Below are positions 1 through 10,233 of a DNA stretch of 64,000 nucleotides, piece by piece. Origin of the DNA: Armatimonadota bacterium (GTDB taxonomy: Bacteria > Armatimonadota > UBA10988); the NCBI GenBank assembly GCA_016235455.1, contig JACRKZ010000068.1, forward strand, positions 1 to 64,000, in the 5' to 3' direction. Both the position numbers and the translations under genes were made by a program. How positions within the stretch are numbered: position 1 is the first letter of the stretch; every line of letters starts with the position of its first letter. Under the pieces are notes generated by a model. It worked only from the letters and a program-made list of their open reading frames with translations, did no database searches and was not told where the DNA came from.

Positions 1-1
1 C

Positions 2-211
2 GCGGGTGCCGAGGGCCAGGTCGCCGACCACGACCGCTGGCTGGCGCTGGCCTCACCGGAGCTGCCTCGCCTCTACGACCCCGTCGACAGCAGCTCGGCA
101 GCGACGACGAAGGTGTCCGCGCAGACCTGGCATCATCCGCCGCCCGACACGGTCTGGTGGGATCTCCGCGACCTGACGCTCGGCCCCGCCGACGCCGAGC
201 CCGCCAAGTAA
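2..211 (+). CDS. 3' end of a hypothetical protein (partial, runs off the window)
   Basis: Open frame from base 2 to TAA at 209-211 with GC3-rich codons, converging on the next gene. Confidence 0.55.
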   Translation, partial: AGAEGQVADHDRWLALASPELPRLYDPVDSSSAATTKVSAQTWHHPPPDTVWWDLRDLTLGPADAEPAK

Positions 212-218
212 CCCGCGC

Positions 219-2687
219 TCAGCGCCGCCGCGGGCCTATCTGGCTCAGGTCGATCGGCTCGAAGCCGAGTTTGAGCGCCGGCGAGCCGGGCCGGAGCCGA
301 TAGTCGTCGTGCTCCGCATCGACAAACAGCGGGTCGGCCGCCACGCCGCCGGCGTCGTAACCGAGTTTGCGCCAGGCCTCGAGTTCGCCGCCGGGCCGGA
401 GCAGGTCCACGCCGGCCTGCCAGTAGAGATTGTGATCGGCGGTCAGCACTTCCGGCGCCATGCGGCCCAGGCTGAACAGCCGGGCCTTGGCGTCGCGGGT
501 GTAGACGATGTTGCGGCTGAACTCGCTGCCGCGCATGTTGTCGTCGTAGTTGGCAAAGAGCAGTTGGCTGGTCACCGCGTCGACGAAGAGGTTGTTGGTG
601 ACCTTGTTGGCGCGACCGCCCTGCAGCATGATGCCGCCGGTCTGGGTGCGGTAGCAGACGTTGTGGTCGACGGTGTAGCCGCCGGCGAAGCTGTCCAGAT
701 AGATGCCCCATGACATGATCACGGGCACTTCGAACCGCGACGAATAGCCGCCCGTACCGCTGACCAGGTTGTGGCGGATGATGCTGTCGCTGAGCTTGTC
801 GCGCTCGCCCTGGGTGACCTCGATCGCACCGGTGTCGTGCGTCTCCGTGCTCGTGTCGTAGACCGCGTTGTACTCGATGACGTTGCGGTAGCCGCCCATC
901 TTGATGCTGATGCCGTAGCGTGAGCTGTCGCGGATCAGGTTGTGCGCGATCAGGTTGTCCGACGCCTTGGGCCCTTGCATCACCACGCCGCCGATGTGTT
1001 TGTAGATGATACCGAGGTGCTCCATGGTGTTGTCGGTGACCGTCATGTGGTCACTATCGAGCAGCAGCACGCCGCCCTGGGCACTGGCGGTGATGCGGTT
1101 GCCCACGAACCGGCAACTGCTCGATTCCGTCGCCGCGAGCGCGTACAGGCCGGTGTTGGCGAAGGCGCAATCCTCGACCGCGATGTTCCGCGCGGCGGTC
1201 AGGTGCAGCGTGCCCTCGCTGCCCATGCCATAGCCCACCCCGCCGTCGCCCGGCTGGTAGTCGTTGCAGCCCAGCGTCAAGCCGCGGAAGCGCACGTCGT
1301 GGACCAGCCGGCCGGTCTTTGCATCACCGTCGAGCCGCAGGATGTGCCGCACGGCAGGCGCGATGACGTCCTTCAGGTCGGCTTCGGCCGCCGGTCGGAA
1401 GGAGAGCCGGCCGGCGACCCGGTCCAGGTACCACTCGCCCGGCGCATCGAGCTCCGACGGCAGGTTGTCCACGTAGAAGCGGTCACCGGGGAAGAACGAG
1501 ACGACACACTCAGGCCCTTTGACCTTCAGCGTCTGCGCCGCCGCGTCGGCCCGGTCCACCTGCACATTGAGCATGAAGGCTCGACAGGAATCGGGGTCGG
1601 ACGGCCAGATGTGCACCTCGGCCTCCGGCGCTTGGGCCCAGGCTGGCTTGATCACGCCCGGTGCGCAGGGGAGGGTGTCCTTGGACCCGCCGCCGGCGAA
1701 CCCGCTGACGCTGAGCTGCTTGCCCACAAACGCGCGGAACTTCTCCGCAGGCACCAGCACTTTGTGCTGACCGGCCGGCGGCTCCGGCGGCCGCGTGCCT
1801 TGGGGCACATAGTCCGGCCCGTCGCACAGCAGGAAGGCCACCAGGCCCAGCCCACCACCCGTCTTGTTCTCCCACTTCATCGTGTGCGCGCCGGCGACCA
1901 GGCTCAGCCGGGCGCACTTGGCCCAGGCGTAGGTGCTCCAGGCACCCGTGTCAGGCATGTTCATCAGCGGCACCGGCGTCCCACCGTCGATGCTGACCAC
2001 CGTGTGCCCAGCCATGTCGGGGATCTGGTAGCTCTTCATGTTGTGGCCGTAGTAGACCCACACGTCGTACTCGCCGGCGGCCGGGACGTTCAGGTCATAC
2101 TCCATCTGGTCGCCCACGTTGTGGATGTTGCCGACACTGCCGCTGAGCGCGCCGGGATCGGCCGCCACATAGGTATAGCCCCGGCGATGCGGGTCGGTCC
2201 GGTCGACGTTGGGGTAGCGCGCGCGCACCTGTCGCTGGCCACCGGCAAAGAGCTGGCGGAACGACCACTCGCCGGCCCTGACCGCCGGCAGGGCGACCGT
2301 CGCCACACCCTGGGCATCGCGCTGCCAGCCGGTGACCCGGCGCCCGCCGGCCAGCACGGGCTTCTCGCCGGGATAGGCGGCGTAGGTGACTGGGCACTCG
2401 GGCGTGCCGGAATCGTCGGGGCCGAAGACCACGGTCTGCGTGATCTCATACAGCCCGCCACGCAGCAGCACGGTCGCCGGCTGCCCATGGCCCACGGCGC
2501 GCACGGCGTCGCGCGCGCGCTCCAGCGTGGCGAACGGGCCGTCGGTGCGGCCGGCGTTGGCCGCGGGCAGCCGGCCCGACCAGGTGTCGCGGCCGGCGTT
2601 GGCGACGTAGAAGATCTGCTCGGCGGCGGTCGACGGCGCGATCATCACGACCACGACCAACAGGGCGGCGCGGAGTGCGTTGAACAT
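219..2687 (-). CDS. Secreted right-handed parallel beta-helix protein with an inserted CBM6/35-like module (putative polysaccharide lyase/hydrolase)
   Basis: Signal peptide MFNALRAALLVVVVM; FYVA..G.D.WSG..DGPFATLERARDAVR; ELDAPGEWYLD; WGIYLD; ADPLFVD..DYRL C-terminus. Start trimmed to ATG 2687. Confidence 0.8.
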   Translation of the reverse strand: MFNALRAALLVVVVMIAPSTAAEQIFYVANAGRDTWSGRLPAANAGRTDGPFATLERARDAVRAVGHGQPATVLLRGGLYEITQTVVFGPDDSGTPECPVTYAAYPGEKPVLAGGRRVTGWQRDAQGVATVALPAVRAGEWSFRQLFAGGQRQVRARYPNVDRTDPHRRGYTYVAADPGALSGSVGNIHNVGDQMEYDLNVPAAGEYDVWVYYGHNMKSYQIPDMAGHTVVSIDGGTPVPLMNMPDTGAWSTYAWAKCARLSLVAGAHTMKWENKTGGGLGLVAFLLCDGPDYVPQGTRPPEPPAGQHKVLVPAEKFRAFVGKQLSVSGFAGGGSKDTLPCAPGVIKPAWAQAPEAEVHIWPSDPDSCRAFMLNVQVDRADAAAQTLKVKGPECVVSFFPGDRFYVDNLPSELDAPGEWYLDRVAGRLSFRPAAEADLKDVIAPAVRHILRLDGDAKTGRLVHDVRFRGLTLGCNDYQPGDGGVGYGMGSEGTLHLTAARNIAVEDCAFANTGLYALAATESSSCRFVGNRITASAQGGVLLLDSDHMTVTDNTMEHLGIIYKHIGGVVMQGPKASDNLIAHNLIRDSSRYGISIKMGGYRNVIEYNAVYDTSTETHDTGAIEVTQGERDKLSDSIIRHNLVSGTGGYSSRFEVPVIMSWGIYLDSFAGGYTVDHNVCYRTQTGGIMLQGGRANKVTNNLFVDAVTSQLLFANYDDNMRGSEFSRNIVYTRDAKARLFSLGRMAPEVLTADHNLYWQAGVDLLRPGGELEAWRKLGYDAGGVAADPLFVDAEHDDYRLRPGSPALKLGFEPIDLSQIGPRRR

Positions 2688-2832
2688 GGCTCGCTCCCGC
2701 CGCTCTCTTCGCCCGACCCAGGTCACGCCCTGCCTGATGCACCGCGAGTCAGCGGAGCAGGAACAGATGCCAGGGCGGCCAACTGGTGAGCGGATGACCG
2801 GCCCCGCCGCCGCGAAGCCCCGAGAAACACCG

Positions 2833-4275
2833 ATGTCTACCGCCAGTCGCGCCTGCTGCACCTTGCTGACCCTTGCCTGCCTCGCCGTCTCGGCGCCGGC
2901 CGCCGACTTCCAGCCGCCCGACCCGCCGCAGACCACCGCGCCGCTCGGCGCCGGCATCCAGCGCGCCATGACGCTGCTGGCCACCAGCACGCCCACGCAC
3001 CACAACCGCGTGCGCATCCTCTACTACGGACAGAGCATCACGGCCCAGCAGTGGACCGGGCAGGTCACCGCCTGGCTCAAGGCGCAGTACCCCAACGCCG
3101 ACATCGAGGCCGAGAACCGCGCCATCGGCGGGTTCACCGCGCCGTCGCTGATCCGCACCGCGGAGCACGACCTCTACAGCTTCTACCCCGACCTGCTCAT
3201 CTTCCACGTCTACGGCGGCGACACCAGCGGCGAGCTGGAGAAGATCGTGCAGCGCGTGCGCCAGCGCACCACCGCCGACATCCTCATGCGCACGCCGCAC
3301 TTCCGCTGGGACACCAGCGTGCCGCGCGACGGCTCCCCCGACGACCCGAAGCACAAGGGCGCCATCGACGCGGACGAGGCCCAGGCCGTGTTCATCCGGG
3401 CCATGGCACCCAAGTATGGCCTTGAGCTGGCCGATACGCGCCTCGAATGGCAGCGCTACCTGACCAAGTACGACCTGCGCGCCAAGGACATGCTGGCCGA
3501 CGGCATCCACCTCAACCCGCTGGGTAACCAGCTCATGGCCGCGCTGGTCATCCCGCACCTGCGCTACCAAGCCGACCAGCCCACCGACACCTGGCGCAAC
3601 CGCGTGCGCGACCTGCCGGCCACGCGCGCCGCCGACGGCAGCCTCGAACTGCGCTTCGTGGGCAACCGTGTCGACGCGGTCACCGCGCCCGAGAAGACCG
3701 ACGTCCGGCCCGGCTCGGCCACGCTGCTGATCGACGGTAAGTCGCCGGCCGAGTTCCAGGAACTGCTGACCACCACGCGGCCCAGCATCTCCTACAAGAT
3801 GTGGTGGCCGGCGCTCAACGTGGCCGGCCATAGCGCGCCGCGCGTGCCGGAGAAGTGGACGCTCAAGATCACCCGCGTCGACGCCGAGGCCAAGAACTTC
3901 TGGTTCAGTGTGACCGGCTCGGTCACCGGACCCGATGGCGAGGGCGAACGCGGCAAGCGCTTCGTCTCCAACTCCGGCCGCCTGATCGTCGAGCCGGGCG
4001 ACTGGTGGATGGAAGCCACCCAGCGCTATGCGAACAACGCCGTCGTGCCCGAAGGCTTCGAGGTGACCTGGGAAGTCAAGCCCAACTACCTGACCACCTA
4101 CCAGGGCACCGTCAGCACCGACCCGACGCGCGACACCACGACGACGCTGTTCCAGGGCCTGGCGCCGGGCGAGCACACGCTCCGCCTGACGCCCAACGGC
4201 CCGCTCAACATCGCGGCCTTCCGCGTCTACAACCCACCGCTGGCGGCGCCCTTGGCGCAGCCGCTGGCGCCGTGA
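2833..4275 (+). CDS. Secreted SGNH/GDSL-family hydrolase
   Basis: Signal peptide, YGQSIT block I, NRAIGG block II, DGIHLN block V. Confidence 0.75.
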   Translation: MSTASRACCTLLTLACLAVSAPAADFQPPDPPQTTAPLGAGIQRAMTLLATSTPTHHNRVRILYYGQSITAQQWTGQVTAWLKAQYPNADIEAENRAIGGFTAPSLIRTAEHDLYSFYPDLLIFHVYGGDTSGELEKIVQRVRQRTTADILMRTPHFRWDTSVPRDGSPDDPKHKGAIDADEAQAVFIRAMAPKYGLELADTRLEWQRYLTKYDLRAKDMLADGIHLNPLGNQLMAALVIPHLRYQADQPTDTWRNRVRDLPATRAADGSLELRFVGNRVDAVTAPEKTDVRPGSATLLIDGKSPAEFQELLTTTRPSISYKMWWPALNVAGHSAPRVPEKWTLKITRVDAEAKNFWFSVTGSVTGPDGEGERGKRFVSNSGRLIVEPGDWWMEATQRYANNAVVPEGFEVTWEVKPNYLTTYQGTVSTDPTRDTTTTLFQGLAPGEHTLRLTPNGPLNIAAFRVYNPPLAAPLAQPLAP

Positions 4276-4294
4276 GCAACGCCACACGCGGGCT

Positions 4295-4379
4295 CGGGCT
4301 CGTAGTTCCGCCTTCAGGCGGTGGCCTGGGGCCAGATGAAGCCGGCGGCCGACCGTATGGCGTCGTGACGACGAACCCG
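4295..4379. repeat. GTAG-type REP palindrome with a degenerate inverted partner (REPIN-like)
   Basis: GTAG-TT-CCGCCT-TC-AGGCGG at 4302-4321; weak inverted copy ending at 4379; intergenic. Confidence 0.55.
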
Positions 4380-4477
4380 GACGCCCGCCGCCCGTGCCGG
4401 ACCGCCACGCTGGAGCGTGGCGGTCCGCCACTGGTTGCCGCTGATCCGCGCTTGGCGTTACTGCGGCAGCCCGGTCT

Positions 4478-6004
4478 GTGAGCGCCGCCGACCCGAGCTG
4501 GCGCGACCTCCTGGCGCGCATCGGCCAGGTCCCGGCCCACGACATCGGCGCCGCCTATCAGGCGCTGCTCGGCGCCGAGCGCGCGGCCTTGGGCGCCTGG
4601 TATACGCCGCTGGAACTGGTCGAGCCGATGGTGGAGGCCACGTTGCGCCCGCTGGTCGACGCCTGCGCGGCCCAGCCCGACCGCGCGGGGGCGCTGCTCG
4701 CCCTGCGCATCTGCGACCCCGCCTGCGGCTGCGGCTCCTTCTTGCTCGGCGCGGCGGCCTGGCTCGGCGGCATCCTCGCCGGGTGGCGCGGCGGCGACCT
4801 GGACACCGCCATCGCTGAGGTGACCGCCAACTGCCTGCACGGCGTCGACCTGGACCCGACCGCCATCGAACTGGCCCGCGCGCTGCTGCCCGGCGCGCAC
4901 CTCGTGTGCGCCGACGCCCTGGATGACCACACCTGGCCCGACAGCCTCGACGCCTTCATCGGCAATCCGCCGTGGGTCTCGTATGTCGGCCGCGCGGCTC
5001 AGCCCTTGTCGGCCGACACCCGGGCCCGCTACGCGCGCGACTTCCGATGCTTCCGCGGCTACCGCAACCTGCAAGGCCTGTTCGTCGAGGTGGCCGCGCG
5101 GCACCTGCGGCCCGGTGGGCGGCTCGGGCTGCTGCTGCCCAGTTCCATGGCCGAGCAGGCCGGCTACGGCCCGGTGCGCCTGGCCCACGATACAATCTGC
5201 CAGTGCGACGCCGAGCTGCCCGACTTCGGCGACGGGCGGTTCGAGGGCGTCTTCCAGCCCTGCATGGGCCTGCTCTCCACGCGCCGCGCCGCGCCGGCAC
5301 CGCCCAGCGAGGCCGCCACCTGGCCGCTGGCCCGGCCCGACCTCACGCTGGCCGCGCGCGACCTGCTGGCCTACCTCGACGCGCTGCCCAAGCTGCCACC
5401 GCACCTGTTCGGCGAACGCGGCGTGCAGACCACCCGGCCCGATCTGCCGCACCTTCGAACCGAGCCGCCCGGCATACCGCTGCGCGCCGGCGGCGACATC
5501 CGCGCCTTCGCGCTGGCGGCGCCCACCCGCTTCGCCGACCCCGCCTGGTTCGGCGCTCGCCTGCGCAGTCGTGAGACGTGGACGGACGTCTCACTTCTGA
5601 TCCGCCAGACCGCCACGGTGCCCGTCGCCGCCCTGTCCGACGGTCACGCCTTCCGCAACAGCCTGCTGGCCGGATTCGCGGACTCGTCGTATCCCGCCAC
5701 GCTGCTGCTGACCTGGCTCAACTCGTCGCCGGTGCGCTGGTATCACTTCCACCGCTGGCGCGATGCGCGGCAGGGCATGCCGCAGGTCAAGATCGGGCAT
5801 CTGCGCGCGCTGCCGGCGCCGCGCCACGACTACGTCGCGGCGTTGGGCGAGCTGGGCGCGCGGCTGTCGGCGGGCAACGCCGGCATCAGCGCGAGCGAGC
5901 AGGGGGAGCTCGATGCGCTGGCTAGCGAGGCGCTGGGGCTGAGCGCGGCGCAGCAGGCGCTGGTGGCGCGGTGGTGGTCGGGGCATCGGGAGCCGGGAGC
6001 GTGA
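4478..6004 (+). CDS. N6-adenine DNA methyltransferase (Eco57I/TaqI-like, with C-terminal target-recognition domain)
   Basis: GAWYTP, DPACGCGSFL (motif I), GVDLD, FIGNPPW (motif IV), C-terminal LLIRQT..LNSS..PQVKIGHLRALP. Confidence 0.85.
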   Translation: MSAADPSWRDLLARIGQVPAHDIGAAYQALLGAERAALGAWYTPLELVEPMVEATLRPLVDACAAQPDRAGALLALRICDPACGCGSFLLGAAAWLGGILAGWRGGDLDTAIAEVTANCLHGVDLDPTAIELARALLPGAHLVCADALDDHTWPDSLDAFIGNPPWVSYVGRAAQPLSADTRARYARDFRCFRGYRNLQGLFVEVAARHLRPGGRLGLLLPSSMAEQAGYGPVRLAHDTICQCDAELPDFGDGRFEGVFQPCMGLLSTRRAAPAPPSEAATWPLARPDLTLAARDLLAYLDALPKLPPHLFGERGVQTTRPDLPHLRTEPPGIPLRAGGDIRAFALAAPTRFADPAWFGARLRSRETWTDVSLLIRQTATVPVAALSDGHAFRNSLLAGFADSSYPATLLLTWLNSSPVRWYHFHRWRDARQGMPQVKIGHLRALPAPRHDYVAALGELGARLSAGNAGISASEQGELDALASEALGLSAAQQALVARWWSGHREPGA

Positions 6005-6019
6005 AGAGGCAGGGAGCCG

Positions 6020-7255
6020 TCAGGCTTCAGCCATGATCGCCACCAGATCGGCGCAGCCGCTGGCCTCGGCCAGATCACGCGGCATCGCCCCGTCCATGTC
6101 GCGCGCGGCGCGGTCGGCCCCGTGGCTCAGGAGGAGCCGCAGGCAATCCTGCGTCTGCTCGTCGTTGGGCGCGGCGCCGTCCAGCAGCACATGCAGGGGT
6201 GTCTGGCCGTCGTCGTTGCGCTGGTTCGGGTCGGCCCTGTGGGCCAGCAGCGCTTCGACCAGTTCGACGTTGGCATAGCTGGCGGCGATGTGCAGCGCCG
6301 TGCGGCCCTCGTCGGCGACCGCGTTGACGTCCGCGCCATGCTCGATGAGGCAACGCAGGGCTGCCGCGCTGGCCGAGTGGGCCGCGCGGCCCAGTGGTGT
6401 GTAGCCGAGGCAGTCGCGCACCTCAAGCAGCGCGCCGGCGCCGAGCAGCGTCTCCATGGCGGCGATGGATTCCGCCGCCGCGGCGTGGTGCAGAGCCGTA
6501 CTTTCGAGGCTGTCCAGCGCGTCACGGTCGGCCCCATGCGCCAACAAGAGGCGGACCGCGTCTGGCCGATCAGCCACAGCGGCGGCGTGCAGCGGGCGCG
6601 ACTGCTGGCCATCGGCCAAGCTCGGATCGACACCTTCGGCCAGCAAGTGGCGCAGGACGGCCTCATCGCCGGTCAACGCAGCGCGATGCACGACTGGCCA
6701 GGCTTCGTCGTGCGGCAGCAGGAAGAGCGCCGCCTCGCGACAGGCGTAGCTCACCGCCAGCTCAAGCGGGCTGCTCGGTTCGAGGGCACTGGCCACGTAC
6801 GGTGCGCCAATGGACAGCAGGTACTCCAGGATCGGCACACTACCACCTGTGGCAGCCTCCTGGAGCAGCGACGAGCCGTCGTTGTTGGGGCTCAGGCTGG
6901 CACCATGTTCGACCAGCAGTTGCACGAGCTGCAGATTGCCCACCCCGCCAACAGCGCGTTGCAGGGGCGTCTCATCGGCGCCCGGCGCACCGTCAACCAG
7001 GGCGCCGTAGTCCAGCAACAGGCGCGCCTGCTCGGTCTGGCCGAAGAGCGCCACCCACACCAGCGCGCAGTAGCCCAGCAGACCTTTGGCGTTCGGGTCG
7101 GCGCCTTGCTCCAGAAGCTGCGCCATCTGGACCGCGTCATCGTCCTCGATGGCCTGGTGTAGCGCCAAGTCCTGAGCCGACGGCGCCGTCGGCTCAGCCG
7201 GCTCAGCGGGCGCCGGCTCGCTCTTGCCACCGAACAAGCGACTCAAGCAACCCAT
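6020..7255 (-). CDS. Ankyrin-repeat protein
   Basis: Multiple G.TPLH.AA..G..E.V..LL..GAD repeats. Confidence 0.9.
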   Translation of the reverse strand: MGCLSRLFGGKSEPAPAEPAEPTAPSAQDLALHQAIEDDDAVQMAQLLEQGADPNAKGLLGYCALVWVALFGQTEQARLLLDYGALVDGAPGADETPLQRAVGGVGNLQLVQLLVEHGASLSPNNDGSSLLQEAATGGSVPILEYLLSIGAPYVASALEPSSPLELAVSYACREAALFLLPHDEAWPVVHRAALTGDEAVLRHLLAEGVDPSLADGQQSRPLHAAAVADRPDAVRLLLAHGADRDALDSLESTALHHAAAAESIAAMETLLGAGALLEVRDCLGYTPLGRAAHSASAAALRCLIEHGADVNAVADEGRTALHIAASYANVELVEALLAHRADPNQRNDDGQTPLHVLLDGAAPNDEQTQDCLRLLLSHGADRAARDMDGAMPRDLAEASGCADLVAIMAEA

Positions 7256-7315
7256 GGCAGTCCCCCCACTGTGGTTCTCGCTTCCCCTTCATGGCCGGCG
7301 ATCAGGCGCTGTCCG

Positions 7316-9904
7316 TCAGGCGCCGCCCGCGCTGGGATCGTTGCTTCGGCCCTCCAGCTTCTCCACCTTCGTCTTCAGTTCCGCCGCCTCTTCCTTGAGC
7401 TTGTCCAGCTCCTCGCGCAGCGCCTTGACCTCCGGCGGCAGGCCGCCGGCGTCACGCAGGGCGTTGATGGTGTTTTCGGCTGGCTTGACCAGACCGGGGT
7501 CGCCGCCGCTGGCCTTGATCGCGGCCAGCGCGCCGATGGCGGATTTGTCGCCCAGCGTGCTCAACGCGCCCATGGCTGCCGTCTGGTCGTGATAGTGGCC
7601 GCGGTCGAGCACGTCTTCCAGCAACCGACGAATGCGCAGCTTCACGTCGTCGCGGGCGCCCGACTCCTTGGTGGCGCGGGCCAGGTGGCTCAGTGCCGGG
7701 TTGCGCACCGTGTCCGGCGTGCGCGGCGCGCACCAGCGCTCGACAATGGGCAGCGCCTTCTCCGCATCCAGGCTGACCAGCCCGCGTAGCGCCGTGTTGC
7801 GCACGGTATCGTGGTGCGAGTCGCGCTCGGTGGCGGCCAGCAGTTCGTCCCAGGCGCGCTCGTCGCGCGTGCGGGCCAGAGCGTCCAGCGCCTCGGCCTC
7901 GACATGGTAGCTGGCGTCACCGCGGGCGACGGGCAGCAGCGCATCGAAGGCCGCCGCGCTATGCCAGGCGCCCAGCGCGCGGACGACAGCCCGGCGGGCC
8001 TTGGGGTGCGCTTCGCCCACCGCCGCGGCCAGGGCGTCCAAGGCGCCCGCGGTCCTGATGGTGCTCAGCGCCGCGGCACATTCGGCCCGCACGGCCCAGA
8101 AGGCGTCGTCGACCAGCGCCTTGGCCAGCGCCTCGGTCGCGGCCAGCGTGGCCTTCTTGCCCAGCGCCTGAGCGGCGTAGACACGGCCCATGACGTCGTC
8201 GTCGGCCGCCAACTGCGCTTTGAGCAGGTCTTCGTCCAGGCTGAGTTCAAGCGTCTTGGGCACGGTGTTGCCGGGATCGAAGGCGACCCATGTCGGCCGG
8301 CCGGGCAGGAGCACCTGGAAGGTGTGGTCGGCCTGGGTCAGGTCGAAACTGCGCGTCTCGTCGAAGTCCTCGCCGACGAAGCGCACCTTCACCGGCAGCT
8401 GGAAGATGCTGGTCATCTCGTCGGGCGTCTGGCCCTGCTTGATGCCCAGCGCCAGCGCCTTGGCCTTGTCGTCCCAGCTCGAGGTGACGGTGAACTCGGG
8501 ATGGCCGCCGTGATAGATCCACTGGTCGAACAGGCGGTCGTAGCTGCGGCCGGTGACGTCTTCCAGCGCCTGCTGCCAGTCGCCGGTGACCACGGTGCGG
8601 CCGGCATGGCGGGTCAGGTAGAGCTGCATGGCGCGGTAGAACAGCTCGTCGCCGATCTGCGTGCGGATCAGGTTGAGCACGCAGGCGCCCTTCTGATAGA
8701 TGTGCGCGTCGAACAGGTCGTTCGGGCGCTTGTAGACGCGGTTGACGATGGCCCGGCGGTAGCGCCCGCTGTCCTCGCCGACAAAGGAGCGCATGGCGCC
8801 ATAGAGCTCCCAGCGGAACTCATCCTCGCCATGGGCGTGGCGGTGCCAGGCGTTGTGCATGTAGGTGCCGAAGCCCTCATTGAGCCAGGCATGGCTCCAG
8901 TCGCGGCAGGTGACCAGGTCGCCGAACCACTGGTGTGCCAGCTCGTGGCTGACGAGCCCCTCGGAACTGGTGTCCAGATGCGCCCGTTCGTCATGCAGCG
9001 TGCGCCAGGTCTGGATGGTGGCGGTGGTGTTCTCCATACCACCATAGCGGAAGTCGGTGGCGGTGATCTGGGCGTACTTGGCATAGGGATAGCGCACGCC
9101 CAGCAGCTCCGAGAAGTGCGCCACCATCTCCGGCGTGCGGCCGAAAGCGCGCGCGCCATCCTCCACCTGGTCGGGCGGCACGTAGTAGTTGACCGGAATG
9201 CCGTCCCACGAATCCTCAATCTCGGCATACTCGCCAGCGGCCAGGGCCAGCAGGTAGCTGCTGTGCGGCACATCCTGGCGCCACCAGAAGGTGGCCGTGC
9301 CATCGGCGTTGGCGCGGCGTTCCAGCAGTTCGCCGTTGGACAGGCAGAACCACACGCCGGGCACGGTGACGATCATCTCGGTGGTGCAGCGGACGTTGGG
9401 CACGTCGAGGCACGGCAGCCAGCAGCGCGCATCCTCGTCAAAGCACTGGCTCCAGACCTCGGCGCGCTTGTCCGGATGGTCCTCGTCGGGCCCGACGAAC
9501 ATCAGCCCGCGGCGCGGCTGGGCGCGGTAGGTGATGCTCACCGTCGCCGCCTGGCCGGCCTCCAGGGCCGGCTCGAAGGTCAGCGTCAGCACCTTGCCGC
9601 TGTGATGCCAGGTCAGCTCGGCGCCGGTGCAGCTCACGGCGCTAAGCGTCATCTCCTCGGCATCGACCTCGAGCGAAGCGACCGGCTCGGCGATCGGCGC
9701 GAAGGTCAGGCTGGCGACGCCAGAGATGGCGCGGCCGGGATGGTCGAGCGTCAGCTCGGCGCGCAGATGCTGCAACTCGACGCGGCGGTCGCGCGGATAG
9801 ACCGGCGGCGTGCCTTCGGGCGCGAACGGCTTCCACTTGCGCTCGCCATTGGGGGCAAGGGTGGCCAGTCGATACGATTCGGTCAGTTCATAGGCCCAGG
9901 ACAC
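7316..9904 (-). CDS. pepN: M1-family aminopeptidase with C-terminal HEAT repeats and coiled coil
   Basis: GGMEN, HELAHQWFG..WLNEGF zinc motif, YQKG; HEAT-like repeats after about residue 550. Confidence 0.88.
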   Translation of the reverse strand: MSWAYELTESYRLATLAPNGERKWKPFAPEGTPPVYPRDRRVELQHLRAELTLDHPGRAISGVASLTFAPIAEPVASLEVDAEEMTLSAVSCTGAELTWHHSGKVLTLTFEPALEAGQAATVSITYRAQPRRGLMFVGPDEDHPDKRAEVWSQCFDEDARCWLPCLDVPNVRCTTEMIVTVPGVWFCLSNGELLERRANADGTATFWWRQDVPHSSYLLALAAGEYAEIEDSWDGIPVNYYVPPDQVEDGARAFGRTPEMVAHFSELLGVRYPYAKYAQITATDFRYGGMENTTATIQTWRTLHDERAHLDTSSEGLVSHELAHQWFGDLVTCRDWSHAWLNEGFGTYMHNAWHRHAHGEDEFRWELYGAMRSFVGEDSGRYRRAIVNRVYKRPNDLFDAHIYQKGACVLNLIRTQIGDELFYRAMQLYLTRHAGRTVVTGDWQQALEDVTGRSYDRLFDQWIYHGGHPEFTVTSSWDDKAKALALGIKQGQTPDEMTSIFQLPVKVRFVGEDFDETRSFDLTQADHTFQVLLPGRPTWVAFDPGNTVPKTLELSLDEDLLKAQLAADDDVMGRVYAAQALGKKATLAATEALAKALVDDAFWAVRAECAAALSTIRTAGALDALAAAVGEAHPKARRAVVRALGAWHSAAAFDALLPVARGDASYHVEAEALDALARTRDERAWDELLAATERDSHHDTVRNTALRGLVSLDAEKALPIVERWCAPRTPDTVRNPALSHLARATKESGARDDVKLRIRRLLEDVLDRGHYHDQTAAMGALSTLGDKSAIGALAAIKASGGDPGLVKPAENTINALRDAGGLPPEVKALREELDKLKEEAAELKTKVEKLEGRSNDPSAGGA

Positions 9905-10233
9905 AAGCAGACTCCAGCGGTCGAGTCTACCTGAACGGGCCCGTTGGGGGAAGGGACAGACTTACTGGCCGCCAAGGCCGGGGCGACGAGCACGAGCGAT
10001 GGGCCGGACGATGGCCTTCGCGAAGGCCACGGGTGCCTGCGCCAAGTTTGGCGGAGCATGGCGATCCGGGTCTGGCGGCGCGGGTGGAGAACGATAGACG
10101 CCACGATCAGCGGGCCGCAGGCAAGCCCGCGCCCATCGGCGGCGCGACTACCCCGGGCCAGGCGCGGCTGTATGCCGTTGCCGATGCGTTGGCGTGCCGA
10201 CCTGGGCGATGGTCATTCGCAGACCCGGCAGCC

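Noticed and set aside
9905-10233. Small ORF or riboswitch upstream of the M1 peptidase
   Set aside because: No convincing codon bias or recognisable RNA motif; only short GC hairpins
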